Assembly: GCA_036336835.1 (NCBI GenBank)
Contig: JAYZFK010000017.1
Span: 1-48,506, forward strand
From: Myxococcota bacterium
GTDB lineage: Bacteria > Myxococcota_A > UBA9160 > UBA4427
Reading direction: 5' to 3'
DNA length: 48,506 bases
The notes under the pieces were generated by a model. That model made no database searches. It was not told the origin of the DNA and saw only the letters and a list, made by a program, of their open reading frames with translations. Of this stretch, positions 20,824 through 29,385 are shown piece by piece. The position numbers and the translations under genes are program-made. Position 1 is the first letter of the stretch. Each line of letters begins with the position of its first letter.

Positions 20824-21975
20824 GTGCGAATTCCGCTTGCTCCCAAGCTCGTGCTCGCGTCCCTGCTGGTCGCGGCGGTCTCGATCGGTCTGCCCGAAGC
20901 GATCCGCGCCGCGGGTTTCGCGCTGCCCAGCTGGGCCGCGACCCTGGTCGCGCTCGGCGCCGGTGGCGGCATCGGCCTCGTGTTCGCGCGCGGCCTGCTG
21001 GCAGAGCTCGTCGGTCCCTTGCAGGACACCGCCGACCGGTTGTCCGAAGGCGCGCGGGATCTCGGCCGGTCGATCCAGAGCTTGTCGCAGGGCAACGGCG
21101 AGATCTCGACCACGCTGAGCGCGGTGGCCGACAGCGTCTCGCACCAGCGCGAGGTGCTGGAGAACAGCACCCGCACCATCCAGGAGATCGCGAGCAGTAT
21201 CGAGCTCACCGCCGGCCGTGCGCGCGAGGCATTCGGCTTTGCCGCCGAGGCCAACCAGAAGGCCGGCACCGGCGTCGAGGTGTCGCGGCTCGCAATCGAG
21301 AAGATGCAGACGATGTTCGAGCGGGTCGAACAGACGAGTCAGATGGTCTTCGACCTGGAGGCGAAGACCCGCCACGTCCACCAGATCACCGAGATCATCA
21401 CCAGCGTCGCGCATCGCACGAACCTGCTCTCGCTCAACGCGTCGATCGAGGCGGCGCGTGCCGGCGAGGCGGGGCGCGGGTTCTCCGTCGTCGCCGACGA
21501 GATCCGCAAGCTCTCCGAGAGCGCGGGCCGCAGCGCCGACGAGATCTCGAAGCTGATCCACGAAATCCAGTCCGACACGAACCAAGTGGCCGACGAGATG
21601 CGCAAGTCGAGTCAGGTGATCGACGAGGGACGCGGGGACGTGAACGCCATCGCCGACGCCTTGTCGCAGATTTCGCTGTCCGTGGGCGAGGCCGCCGCGC
21701 GCTCCGAGGAGATCTTTCACGGCGCCGACGACCACGCAATCAAGACCGTGCGCATGGTGGCCTCGATGGACGAGATCTCGCAGGGCGCGACCGGCAGCGC
21801 CGACTCGATTGCCGGCGTCTCTCGCGTCGCGCAAGGGCAGCGGGGAGCGTTGTCCGAGGTCGTGGACGCCTCGGCCTCGATGACCGAGCTGGCCGGCCAG
21901 GTTCGCCGTGTGCTGCGCGGGCTTCGCGCCGGCGCGGCAGTCCGGCACACATCCGAGAGCGAGCGCGACGCGTGA
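20824..21975 (+). CDS. Methyl-accepting chemotaxis protein, DifA-like (two TM, almost no periplasmic domain)
   Basis: [35 protein letters not shown] hairpin tip; two closely spaced N-terminal hydrophobic helices. Confidence 0.93.
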   Translation: MRIPLAPKLVLASLLVAAVSIGLPEAIRAAGFALPSWAATLVALGAGGGIGLVFARGLLAELVGPLQDTADRLSEGARDLGRSIQSLSQGNGEISTTLSAVADSVSHQREVLENSTRTIQEIASSIELTAGRAREAFGFAAEANQKAGTGVEVSRLAIEKMQTMFERVEQTSQMVFDLEAKTRHVHQITEIITSVAHRTNLLSLNASIEAARAGEAGRGFSVVADEIRKLSESAGRSADEISKLIHEIQSDTNQVADEMRKSSQVIDEGRGDVNAIADALSQISLSVGEAAARSEEIFHGADDHAIKTVRMVASMDEISQGATGSADSIAGVSRVAQGQRGALSEVVDASASMTELAGQVRRVLRGLRAGAAVRHTSESERDA

Positions 21976-22457
21976 GCGAGCCCGAAGCCCAGCGGTTGTT
22001 GCTGTTCGAGCTCGCCGGCCATGTCTACGGACTGCCGATCGGCGGGATCTTCGAGGTGGTCGAGGCGGGCGAGGTGTGTGGTGTGCCGACGCTGCCGGCG
22101 GTGCTGGCAGGCGTGATGAACTGGCACGGCGAGGCGCTGCCCGTTGTGGCCCCGAGCCTGCTGGTCTGCGAAGCGGCCGACGCCGCGGCGTTGCCCGAAC
22201 GCCAGTGCGACGGCGCCGCGGCCCGGCGCACCCAGCAGGTGCTGGTGATCTCGGATCGTGGCGGCGAGCTGCCGAAGCTCGGCCTGCCGGTCGATTCGGT
22301 GCTGGGTCTGGTGGACGCCTCGAGCTGTCTGCGCGCGGGGCCGGACTCGTCGCGAGCGGCAGCGCAGCAGGCCGTTGCCGACGAGGGAGTCAGCGTGCTG
22401 GATCCGGGCCGCCTGGTGGCCCGGGCACGAAATGCAATCGATCAGCTGGCCGCCTGA
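21972..22457 (+). CDS. cheW: CheW-like coupling protein (DifC-like)
   Basis: [44 protein letters not shown] overlaps the MCP stop. Confidence 0.85.
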   Translation: MSEPEAQRLLLFELAGHVYGLPIGGIFEVVEAGEVCGVPTLPAVLAGVMNWHGEALPVVAPSLLVCEAADAAALPERQCDGAAARRTQQVLVISDRGGELPKLGLPVDSVLGLVDASSCLRAGPDSSRAAAQQAVADEGVSVLDPGRLVARARNAIDQLAA

Positions 22458-22479
22458 AGCGGCCGATTCGGGGGAACGA

Positions 22480-22851
22480 ATGAAGGGACGAGTACTGATT
22501 GCGGACGATGCGTCGTTCATGCGGCAGATGATCCGCGAGATCATCGAGCCGGAAGGCTTCGAGATCGTGGCCGAGGCGGGAGACGGCATCGTCGCCGTCG
22601 AGCAGTACCAGGCGGTGCGGCCGGACATCGTCACGATGGACATCGTGATGCCGAAGCGCTCGGGGATCGACGCGACTCGGGCGATCCTGGAGCTCGACCC
22701 CGAGGCGTGCATCGTGATGTGCAGCGCGCTCGGTCAGCAGGTGCTGGTGATGGAGGCGCTCCAGGCCGGCGCCAAGGACTTCATCGTCAAGCCCTTCAGG
22801 CCGGACTCGGTGCTCGAGACTCTGAGCAAGCTGGTCGCCAAGCGGGACTGA
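22480..22851 (+). CDS. cheY: CheY-like single-domain response regulator (DifD-like)
   Basis: VLIADDASFMR, PDIVTMDIVMP, MCSALGQ, DFIVKPF. Confidence 0.93.
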   Translation: MKGRVLIADDASFMRQMIREIIEPEGFEIVAEAGDGIVAVEQYQAVRPDIVTMDIVMPKRSGIDATRAILELDPEACIVMCSALGQQVLVMEALQAGAKDFIVKPFRPDSVLETLSKLVAKRD

Positions 22852-22872
22852 AGCGGCCGGCGGCCGATCATC

Positions 22873-24510
22873 ATGGCCCTGGACATGGCCAAATACCGTG
22901 CGTTGTTCCTCGATGAGGCGACGGAGTACCTCGCCGAGATCAGCTCCGCGCTGATCGAGCTCGAGAAGGACCCGACCGCGGTCGAATCGATCGATCTGGT
23001 CTTCCGGATGGCGCACTCGATCAAGTCGATGGCCGCCTCTGTCGGCCACGAAGCGATCGCCAACGTCGCCCACGCGCTCGAGGATCGGATGGAGAGCGTC
23101 CGCAGCGCGGGCCGTCTCGCGGGAGACGACGGCCTGTCGGAGCTGTTCCGGTCGCTGGAGAGCCTCGAGCGCATGCTGGCGGCGGTGCGCGCGGGCGATC
23201 GGCCCGTCGTCGATTCCAAGCCCGCGCTGGTCGCCTCGCTGCGTGCGGTTGCGCGCTCCGGAGACTCCTCGCGAAAAAAAAGCCCTGAGCTAGAGCCGCC
23301 CGGGCCCGGCGAGGCCCGGCGGGACGGCGAACTCGCACGAGACGCCGAGCTGGCGCTGCCGCCGAAGCTGACGTCGGTGCGCGTGAGCACCGAGTCACTC
23401 GATCGCTTCCTCGGTGCCGTGGGCGAGGTCATCCTCAGCACCAACCAGCTGCGCACCGCCGCTACCGGTCTCGCGGCCAACGCCGATCTCGCGGCCGGCT
23501 TCGACCGCGTCGAGCGGCGCGTGGGCGAGCTGCAGCGCCGGGTGCTCGATCTGCGCACCACGCCGCTCCAGCGGGTGATGGACGCGATGCCCCGTGCCGC
23601 GCGTCAGCTGGCGGAAGCGACCGGCAAGCGCGTCGACGTCGAGATCCGGGGCGCAGAGCTCGAGCTCGATCGTTCGATCCTCGATCGTCTCTCCGATCCG
23701 CTGCTCCACCTCGTGCGCAACGCGATCGATCACGGACTGGAGACCCCCGACGTACGCTTGGCGGCTGGCAAGGATCCCGTCGGCCGCCTCGTGATCGAGG
23801 CGCGACGCGAGAAGGAATCGATTCGGATCGAGGTGCGCGACGACGGGGTGGGGGTTGATCTCGAGCGGGTGCGCGCGCGCGCGGTCGAGACGGGCCTGCT
23901 GCACCCCGACCTCGCAGAAGACTTGCCGCCGGACGAGATCGCGGAGTTCGTGTTTCGGCCCGGGCTGTCGACGGCATCCGCGGTCTCGGGCATCTCGGGA
24001 CGCGGTGTTGGGATGGATGCGGTGCGTGCGAGAATCGAATCACTCGGCGGGTTCGTGGAGCTGCGTACCGAGAAGGGCGCCGGCACCGCGACGACGCTCG
24101 GCGTTCCGATCACGGCCGCCGTACAGCGCGTGCTGCTGGTTCGCGTCGGCGGCCAGCGGGTGGCGCTTCCGATCGGCAAGCTCGAGCGGATTCTCGAGCT
24201 CGACGCCAGCGCGCTCGAGCGAAGCCGGTCGGAGTGCTTCGTGTTGGTCGACGACGAGCCGCTGCCGGTGATCGAGCTCGTGGAGCGCTTTGCCGTCGCG
24301 ACGACGGGCGACCCGGCGCTGGCGCTGCTGGTGATCGCCGAGCTGCGCGGCGAACGGGTCGCGTTGCGCGTCGATCGGTTCGAAGGGCAGCAGGAGATCT
24401 ACCTGAAGCCGGTGCCCGAGCTGCTGGCGGACGTGAAGCCGCTCGCCGGGCTCACGGTGCTCGGCGATGGCAGTCCCGTCTTCCTGCTGGATCTGAATCA
24501 CCTGGTATGA
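22873..24510 (+). CDS. cheA: CheA histidine kinase (Hpt-dimerisation-HATPase-CheW; DifE-like, no obvious P2)
   Basis: FRMAHSIKSMA (Hpt His), HLVRNAIDHG, DDGVG, FRPGLST, SGRGVGMD, C-terminal CheW domain. Confidence 0.95.
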   Translation: MALDMAKYRALFLDEATEYLAEISSALIELEKDPTAVESIDLVFRMAHSIKSMAASVGHEAIANVAHALEDRMESVRSAGRLAGDDGLSELFRSLESLERMLAAVRAGDRPVVDSKPALVASLRAVARSGDSSRKKSPELEPPGPGEARRDGELARDAELALPPKLTSVRVSTESLDRFLGAVGEVILSTNQLRTAATGLAANADLAAGFDRVERRVGELQRRVLDLRTTPLQRVMDAMPRAARQLAEATGKRVDVEIRGAELELDRSILDRLSDPLLHLVRNAIDHGLETPDVRLAAGKDPVGRLVIEARREKESIRIEVRDDGVGVDLERVRARAVETGLLHPDLAEDLPPDEIAEFVFRPGLSTASAVSGISGRGVGMDAVRARIESLGGFVELRTEKGAGTATTLGVPITAAVQRVLLVRVGGQRVALPIGKLERILELDASALERSRSECFVLVDDEPLPVIELVERFAVATTGDPALALLVIAELRGERVALRVDRFEGQQEIYLKPVPELLADVKPLAGLTVLGDGSPVFLLDLNHLV

Positions 24511-25058
24511 GTGGCGCGAGCACAGCGAGCCGCGAGCTGGCAAGGATCGGGGCCGAGAACGCCGAGAGCGCTTTCTCGCTGCTGGTCGACCGCACGATCG
24601 AGATGGGCGAGATGGTCGTGGGGCGGCCGCCGCCCGAGGGCGCGCCGACCCCCGCGGAGTGGGACTGCGGCGTGATGTTCGAGCTCGAGGGCGGGCTCGA
24701 GGCGTGGGTCGCGTTGCTCTTCCGGGCGTCTCAGCGTGACGCGCTGGTCGAGTGCATGCTCGGCGGCCAGGCGCGTTCGATGGGTGAGATCGCGATCGAA
24801 TCGGCGCTGATGGAGATCGCCAACATCGTGGCCTCGCACGTGGCTTCGGGGATCGCCGAAGCGCTCGGCCAGCGGCTGATCCCCTCGGTGCCAATGCTGG
24901 CGGCCAACGATGCCGCAGCGCAGCTCGAGGCCCTGCTGCGCGAACGCGGCGCGTCCCTCGAGCGCTGCCACTGCGAGCTGTCCGACGACTCGGGTGAGCT
25001 CGGCGGCCTGCTCGTGCTCGTCGCGAGCGCGCGCGGCGGCGTCTCCCCGCTGCGTTAA
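24507..25058 (+). CDS. cheC: CheC-family phosphatase (DifG-like)
   Basis: ELARIGAENA and SALMEIANIVAS (ExxN) motifs; ATG overlaps the cheA stop. Confidence 0.8.
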   Translation: MSGASTASRELARIGAENAESAFSLLVDRTIEMGEMVVGRPPPEGAPTPAEWDCGVMFELEGGLEAWVALLFRASQRDALVECMLGGQARSMGEIAIESALMEIANIVASHVASGIAEALGQRLIPSVPMLAANDAAAQLEALLRERGASLERCHCELSDDSGELGGLLVLVASARGGVSPLR

Positions 25059-25067
25059 CGTCCCCGT

Positions 25068-25817
25068 GTGAACCGGGAGCGTCTGCGAGAGCTGCTCGAA
25101 GGCCTGCAAACGGGCGAGATCGACGTCGACACGGCGCTCGAGCGTCTCGCGTGGCTTCCCTTCGTCGACACCGAGCACGCGCGCGTCGACACGCACCGCG
25201 CGCTTCGCCAGGGCCTGCCCGAGGTCGTCTTCGGCCTCGGCAAGACGAGCGAGCAGATCGCCGGCGTGGTGCGAGCCCTGCGCGAAGCCGAGCAGTCCGT
25301 GCTGGTGACCCGCGTCGACCTCGAGCAGGCCGAACGAGTGCTCGCGGAGCTGCCCGGCGGCGCGCACGATCCGGTGGCGCGGCTGCTGTGGTACGGGCCG
25401 GCGGAGGTGGCAACGCTCGGCAAGGGCACGATCGCGGTCGTCACGGCCGGGACCGCCGATCTTCCGGTTGCGGCCGAGGCCGTGGCGGTGGCGGCGCGCT
25501 TCGGCAACAAGGTCGAGCTGCTGCAGGACGTGGGCGTGTCCGGGCTGCACCGGCTGCTGGCCTCGCACGAGACCCTGCGCGCGGCGCGCGTGCTGATCGT
25601 GGTGGCCGGAATGGAGGGCGCGCTGCCGTCGGTCGTCGGCGGGCTGGTCGACAAGCCGGTGATCGCTGTCCCGACGAGCGTCGGCTATGGCGCGTCGCTC
25701 GGCGGCGTCGCCGCACTGCTCGGCATGCTCACGAGCTGCGCCTCGAACGTCAGTGTCGTGAACATCGACAACGGATTCGGGGCCGCGCATGTCGCGACGC
25801 TCATCAACCGGCTCTGA
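25068..25817 (+). CDS. larB: Nickel-pincer cofactor biosynthesis protein LarB
   Basis: HRALRQGLPEVVFGLGK, TAGTADLPVAAEA, DVGVSGLHR, AGMEGALPSVV, VPTSVGYGA, VVNIDNGFGAA. Confidence 0.94.
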   Translation: MNRERLRELLEGLQTGEIDVDTALERLAWLPFVDTEHARVDTHRALRQGLPEVVFGLGKTSEQIAGVVRALREAEQSVLVTRVDLEQAERVLAELPGGAHDPVARLLWYGPAEVATLGKGTIAVVTAGTADLPVAAEAVAVAARFGNKVELLQDVGVSGLHRLLASHETLRAARVLIVVAGMEGALPSVVGGLVDKPVIAVPTSVGYGASLGGVAALLGMLTSCASNVSVVNIDNGFGAAHVATLINRL

Positions 25818-27048
25818 GCTGCTCCATCTGGACGCCTTTTCAGGGGTCGCCGGCAACATGCTGCTCGGCGCACTCGTCGATCTCGGCGTGCCGCGTCGCG
25901 CGCTGGTGGAAGAGCTCTCCGGGCTCGGGCTCGACTTTCGTTTCCGGATCACCAAGGTGCGGCGGGGTGTGCTGGCGGCGCGCCATCTCGACGTGCTGGT
26001 GGCGAGTCCGGGAAGGGGCAAGGGCGGGAGCAAGACGCGCTACGTCTCGGGCAACCGGGAGCCGAAGCCGGGGCGCCACGCGCACGGCCGCAGCTTCGCC
26101 CAGATCCGAGCGCTGCTGCGCAGGGCGAAGCTCGCTGGCCCGGTGCGCGAGCGCGCGCTCGCGATCTTCGAGGCGCTCGCCCACGCCGAGGCCACGGTCC
26201 ACGGCACGAAGCTCGCGGACGTTCACTTCCACGAGGTTGGTGCGGTCGATGCGATCGTCGACATTACGGGCGCCGCCGCCGCCATCGAGTGGCTCGGTGT
26301 TTCGCGCATCACCTGCTCGCCCGTCGCGCTCGGCCACGGTTGCGTCGACACCGCGCACGGGCGGTTGCCGCTGCCGTCGCCGGCCACGCTCGAGCTGCTG
26401 CGCGGCATCCCGACCGAGCCCGCCAACGTGGCCTGGGAGACGGTGACGCCGACGGGCGCGGCGATCCTGCGCGCCTGCGTCGACGCCTACGAGCCGCTCC
26501 CGGCGATGCGCATCGCGGCGATCGGTCACGGTGCGGGTCGCGATCGCGACGGCCCGATGCCCAACGTGCTGCGCGCGGTGCTCGGCAGCGCCGCTGCGGT
26601 GTCGCGCGATCGCGTCGAGGTACTCGAGACGAACCTCGACGATCTCGTGCCCGAGCACTTCGATTTCCTGATGGACCGGCTGTTCGATGCGGGCGCGCTC
26701 GACGTGTCGCTCCAGCATCTGCAGATGAAGAAGAACCGGCCCGGGTTCCTGGTTCGCGCCCTGGTGCGTCCCGAGCATCGGATGGCGGTGGCCCGCGCGC
26801 TGTTCATGCACTCGACGGCGATTGGCGTGCGCTCCAGCGGGTGGGACCGCATCGTGCTCGAGCGCGAAGAGCGGCGTGTCGTCACCCGGTTCGGCCGGAT
26901 CCGCGTCAAGGTGGTGCGCGATCTCGACGGACGCGCCAGTGCCTCGGCCGAGTACGACGACTGCAAGCGTGCGGCCGCGAAGCACGGGGTCGCGCTGCGC
27001 GAGGTGGTCCGGGCCGCCGAAGACGCCGCGCGCCAGGGGCTTGAGTGA
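25789..27048 (+). CDS. larC: Nickel-pincer cofactor nickel insertase LarC
   Basis: DAFSGVAGNMLLGAL, VHFHEVGAVDAIVDI, VTPTGAAIL, LETNLDD, MKKNRPG, AEYDDC. Start uncertain (overlaps larB). Confidence 0.93.
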   Translation: MSRRSSTGSELLHLDAFSGVAGNMLLGALVDLGVPRRALVEELSGLGLDFRFRITKVRRGVLAARHLDVLVASPGRGKGGSKTRYVSGNREPKPGRHAHGRSFAQIRALLRRAKLAGPVRERALAIFEALAHAEATVHGTKLADVHFHEVGAVDAIVDITGAAAAIEWLGVSRITCSPVALGHGCVDTAHGRLPLPSPATLELLRGIPTEPANVAWETVTPTGAAILRACVDAYEPLPAMRIAAIGHGAGRDRDGPMPNVLRAVLGSAAAVSRDRVEVLETNLDDLVPEHFDFLMDRLFDAGALDVSLQHLQMKKNRPGFLVRALVRPEHRMAVARALFMHSTAIGVRSSGWDRIVLEREERRVVTRFGRIRVKVVRDLDGRASASAEYDDCKRAAAKHGVALREVVRAAEDAARQGLE

Positions 27049-27815
27049 CGGCGCCGGGGGTCGATGCCGGTCCGTTCGATCTCGCACCGCGTGGCGCCGC
27101 CAACGGCAGCGCCGTGCTGTGCCTCCACGGCCTGACCGGGACGCCCTACGAGGTGCGGCCGCTGGCCGAGGCGTTGGCTGCGCGGGGGGTGCGTGCGCGC
27201 GGCCCGCTGCTGGCGGGGCACGGCGAGTCGCCCGAGGCGCTCGCTCGCGTCGCCTACACGGACTGGCTCGACTGCGTGCGGGCCGAGGTCGTGGCGCTGC
27301 GCCGCGAGCACGAGCGCGTCTTCGTGTGCGGCCTGTCGCTGGGCGGGTTGTTGACGCTGTGGCTTGCAGCGAACCAGGCGGTCGACGCGGCCGCGGCGAT
27401 CGGCACGCCGCTGCGGTTCGGTCGCGCCGTGCCGCTCGCCATCGCGCTGGGCCGCTTCGTGCGTCCGATGCTGCCGAAGGCTCGCGGCTCGGACATCGCC
27501 GACGAGGCGGCTCGGGAACGGCACCCGAGCATGCGGGTGATGCCGACCGCGAGCGTGCATCAGCTGATTCGTCTGCAGCGCGTCGTTCGGCGCTCCTTGC
27601 GCGACGTACGCGCGCCGCTCTTGATCGCCCACGGCGCGCTCGATCGCACGGCGAAGCCCGCGAATCTCGAGGCGATCGCTTCGGCGGTGTCCAGTACGCG
27701 CATCGAGCGGCTCGAGCTCGAGGCTTCGGCGCACGTCGTCCCCGTCGACCGGGACGGGCCGCACCTGTGCGCGGCCGTCGCCGATTTCTTCACGAGCGCG
27801 CACGCGCCCGCCTGA
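27045..27815 (+). CDS. Alpha/beta-fold carboxylesterase
   Basis: CLHGLTGTP, GLSLGG nucleophile elbow, HGALD, SAHVV. Confidence 0.88.
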   Translation: MTAPGVDAGPFDLAPRGAANGSAVLCLHGLTGTPYEVRPLAEALAARGVRARGPLLAGHGESPEALARVAYTDWLDCVRAEVVALRREHERVFVCGLSLGGLLTLWLAANQAVDAAAAIGTPLRFGRAVPLAIALGRFVRPMLPKARGSDIADEAARERHPSMRVMPTASVHQLIRLQRVVRRSLRDVRAPLLIAHGALDRTAKPANLEAIASAVSSTRIERLELEASAHVVPVDRDGPHLCAAVADFFTSAHAPA

Positions 27816-27848
27816 GCGCGGGGTCGCCGCCGCGCTTCGTTCGCGCCG

Positions 27849-29213
27849 TCAGGTGTCGAGCTCGCGCAGGAAGTCGAGGTAGGCGCTTTCGCCGTCGGCA
27901 CCGAAGCGGTCGAAGCGGAGTCCGACCCCTGCGCGGTCGCGCCCCCCGCTGCCGAGGCAGTAGAGCGCCTCTGCTTCGACCTCGATCGTGCGACCGGTGT
28001 CGCGGAGCAGCAGCTCGCAGTAGTGCAGGCTGCGCACTGGCAGGTGCTCTTCGGTCGCCAGATACAGGCCTCCTCGCGAGAGTGCGATCGCGGTCGCGGG
28101 TGACGCGGCACCGCCGACTCGCACGGCGATCGGCTGGGCGTAGCGCGTGAAGCGCCGGCGCTCCGGCCGGTCGATCATCCGCGCCAGGCGCTCGGCGATC
28201 TGCGCGATTGCGAGCGGCCCCGCGATGTAGCCCTTGGCGCCGATGCGGCGCGCTGCGGCGCGCCGCGCGCAATGGTGTTGGCTGTCGACGACGATCACCG
28301 GGATGTGATCGACGCCGGCGGTCGCCTCGAGCAGCGGGACCAGCTCGAGCCCCTCACTGCGTCCGAGGTCGGCGTCGGTGAGGACGAGCTCCGGGCTGCA
28401 ACGTCGGTAGAGTCGCGCGGCTTCGGGCGCGCTGCGCGCCAGCTCGACCGTGTAGCCTCGCAGGCCCAGCGACTCGATCGCCGCGGGATCGTCCGACAGC
28501 TTGGGGCCGACCAGCAGGATGCGGTGGCTGCGCAAGCCGATGGTGGCAACCTCCGACTGCGCCAGGCTGGCCGAGTCGCGGCGCTGGCGCGCGCGGTCCG
28601 AGCGTTTTGCCGCGCCCAGCCTCGCGATGCGATCGGTGATCGCGATCTGCAGCTCGGTGTCGGTGCTGGGAAGGCTGCCGATCTCGAACACACGCTCGTC
28701 GCGCGAGAGCAGACCGAGGCCCGCAAGATCACGGCTGGGCAACACCAGCTCTCCGGGCTCGACCAGGATGGCCTGGATGCGCCCCGCTTCGCCTTCGATC
28801 GGGATGCGAATCGCGCTGTCGGGGGATCGCGCTGCGCAGCGCGTGCCTGCACGGCGCCGGGCCTCGCGTGCGGTCTCGAGCCGCTGGATGCGCTCGCGCC
28901 ATCCGCCGCGGATTCGTTCCTCGATGTCTCCGGCGCTCTCGCAGCCTCGGATGTCGATCAGGGGCAGGCAGAACAGGTCGTGCGGCTTGAGGCACTTGAT
29001 GTGATGGGCTCCGACCGTCGAGAACATCACCCGCTCGAAGCGCACGCTGCGTTCGAGTCCGGCGAAGCCCCGCTCCGACAGCGGCAGCGTCGCGATGGCA
29101 GCCTGTCCGCCGCGCATGACGCGGGCTCGAATGCCCATGGCGGCCAGCCCCTCGGCTCGGCGCTGCGCGTGGGCCGGGCGATCGGCCAGTCGAACGGGTT
29201 CTCGCGGTTCCAC
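27849..29213 (-). CDS. Signalling protein: unknown N-terminal domain + receiver + PilZ
   Basis: REC-like PELVLTDADL...GLEL...IPVIVV...GAKGYI; PilZ ERRRFTR...LSRGGLY...GVGLRF; GGAG before GTG. Confidence 0.75.
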   Translation of the reverse strand: MEPREPVRLADRPAHAQRRAEGLAAMGIRARVMRGGQAAIATLPLSERGFAGLERSVRFERVMFSTVGAHHIKCLKPHDLFCLPLIDIRGCESAGDIEERIRGGWRERIQRLETAREARRRAGTRCAARSPDSAIRIPIEGEAGRIQAILVEPGELVLPSRDLAGLGLLSRDERVFEIGSLPSTDTELQIAITDRIARLGAAKRSDRARQRRDSASLAQSEVATIGLRSHRILLVGPKLSDDPAAIESLGLRGYTVELARSAPEAARLYRRCSPELVLTDADLGRSEGLELVPLLEATAGVDHIPVIVVDSQHHCARRAAARRIGAKGYIAGPLAIAQIAERLARMIDRPERRRFTRYAQPIAVRVGGAASPATAIALSRGGLYLATEEHLPVRSLHYCELLLRDTGRTIEVEAEALYCLGSGGRDRAGVGLRFDRFGADGESAYLDFLRELDT

Positions 29214-29269
29214 AGCTCCCGGTTCGGTGCGCGCGCCGCGGTACTGTGTGACGGGCTCCCGTGCGGTCG

Positions 29270-29283
29270 GTGACGCGCGTCAC
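29270..29283. promoter_or_regulatory. Palindrome GTGA-N6-TCAC, CRP/FNR-family-like site
   Basis: GTGACGCGCGTCAC perfect 14-bp palindrome in a divergent intergenic region. Confidence 0.4.
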
Positions 29284-29339
29284 GGATCGGACCGCGCTGC
29301 CCGGCGGTTCTGCGCAGGCCTCGGGTACACTGCGCAATC

Positions 29340-29381
29340 GCGAGGCTCTCGTCGCGTTCTGGCGAGGCTCTCGTCGCGTTC
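29340..29381 (+). repeat. Direct repeat, 2 x GCGAGGCTCTCGTCGCGTTC, 22-bp period
   Basis: Identical 20-mers at 29340-29359 and 29362-29381. Confidence 0.9.
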
Positions 29382-29385
29382 AGGA

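Noticed and set aside
25789..27048. Programmed frameshift in larC as in Lactobacillus plantarum
   Set aside because: LarC1 and LarC2 regions are already in one continuous frame.
29340..29381. Possible mini-CRISPR
   Set aside because: Only two repeats separated by 2 bp; no spacers and no cas genes.
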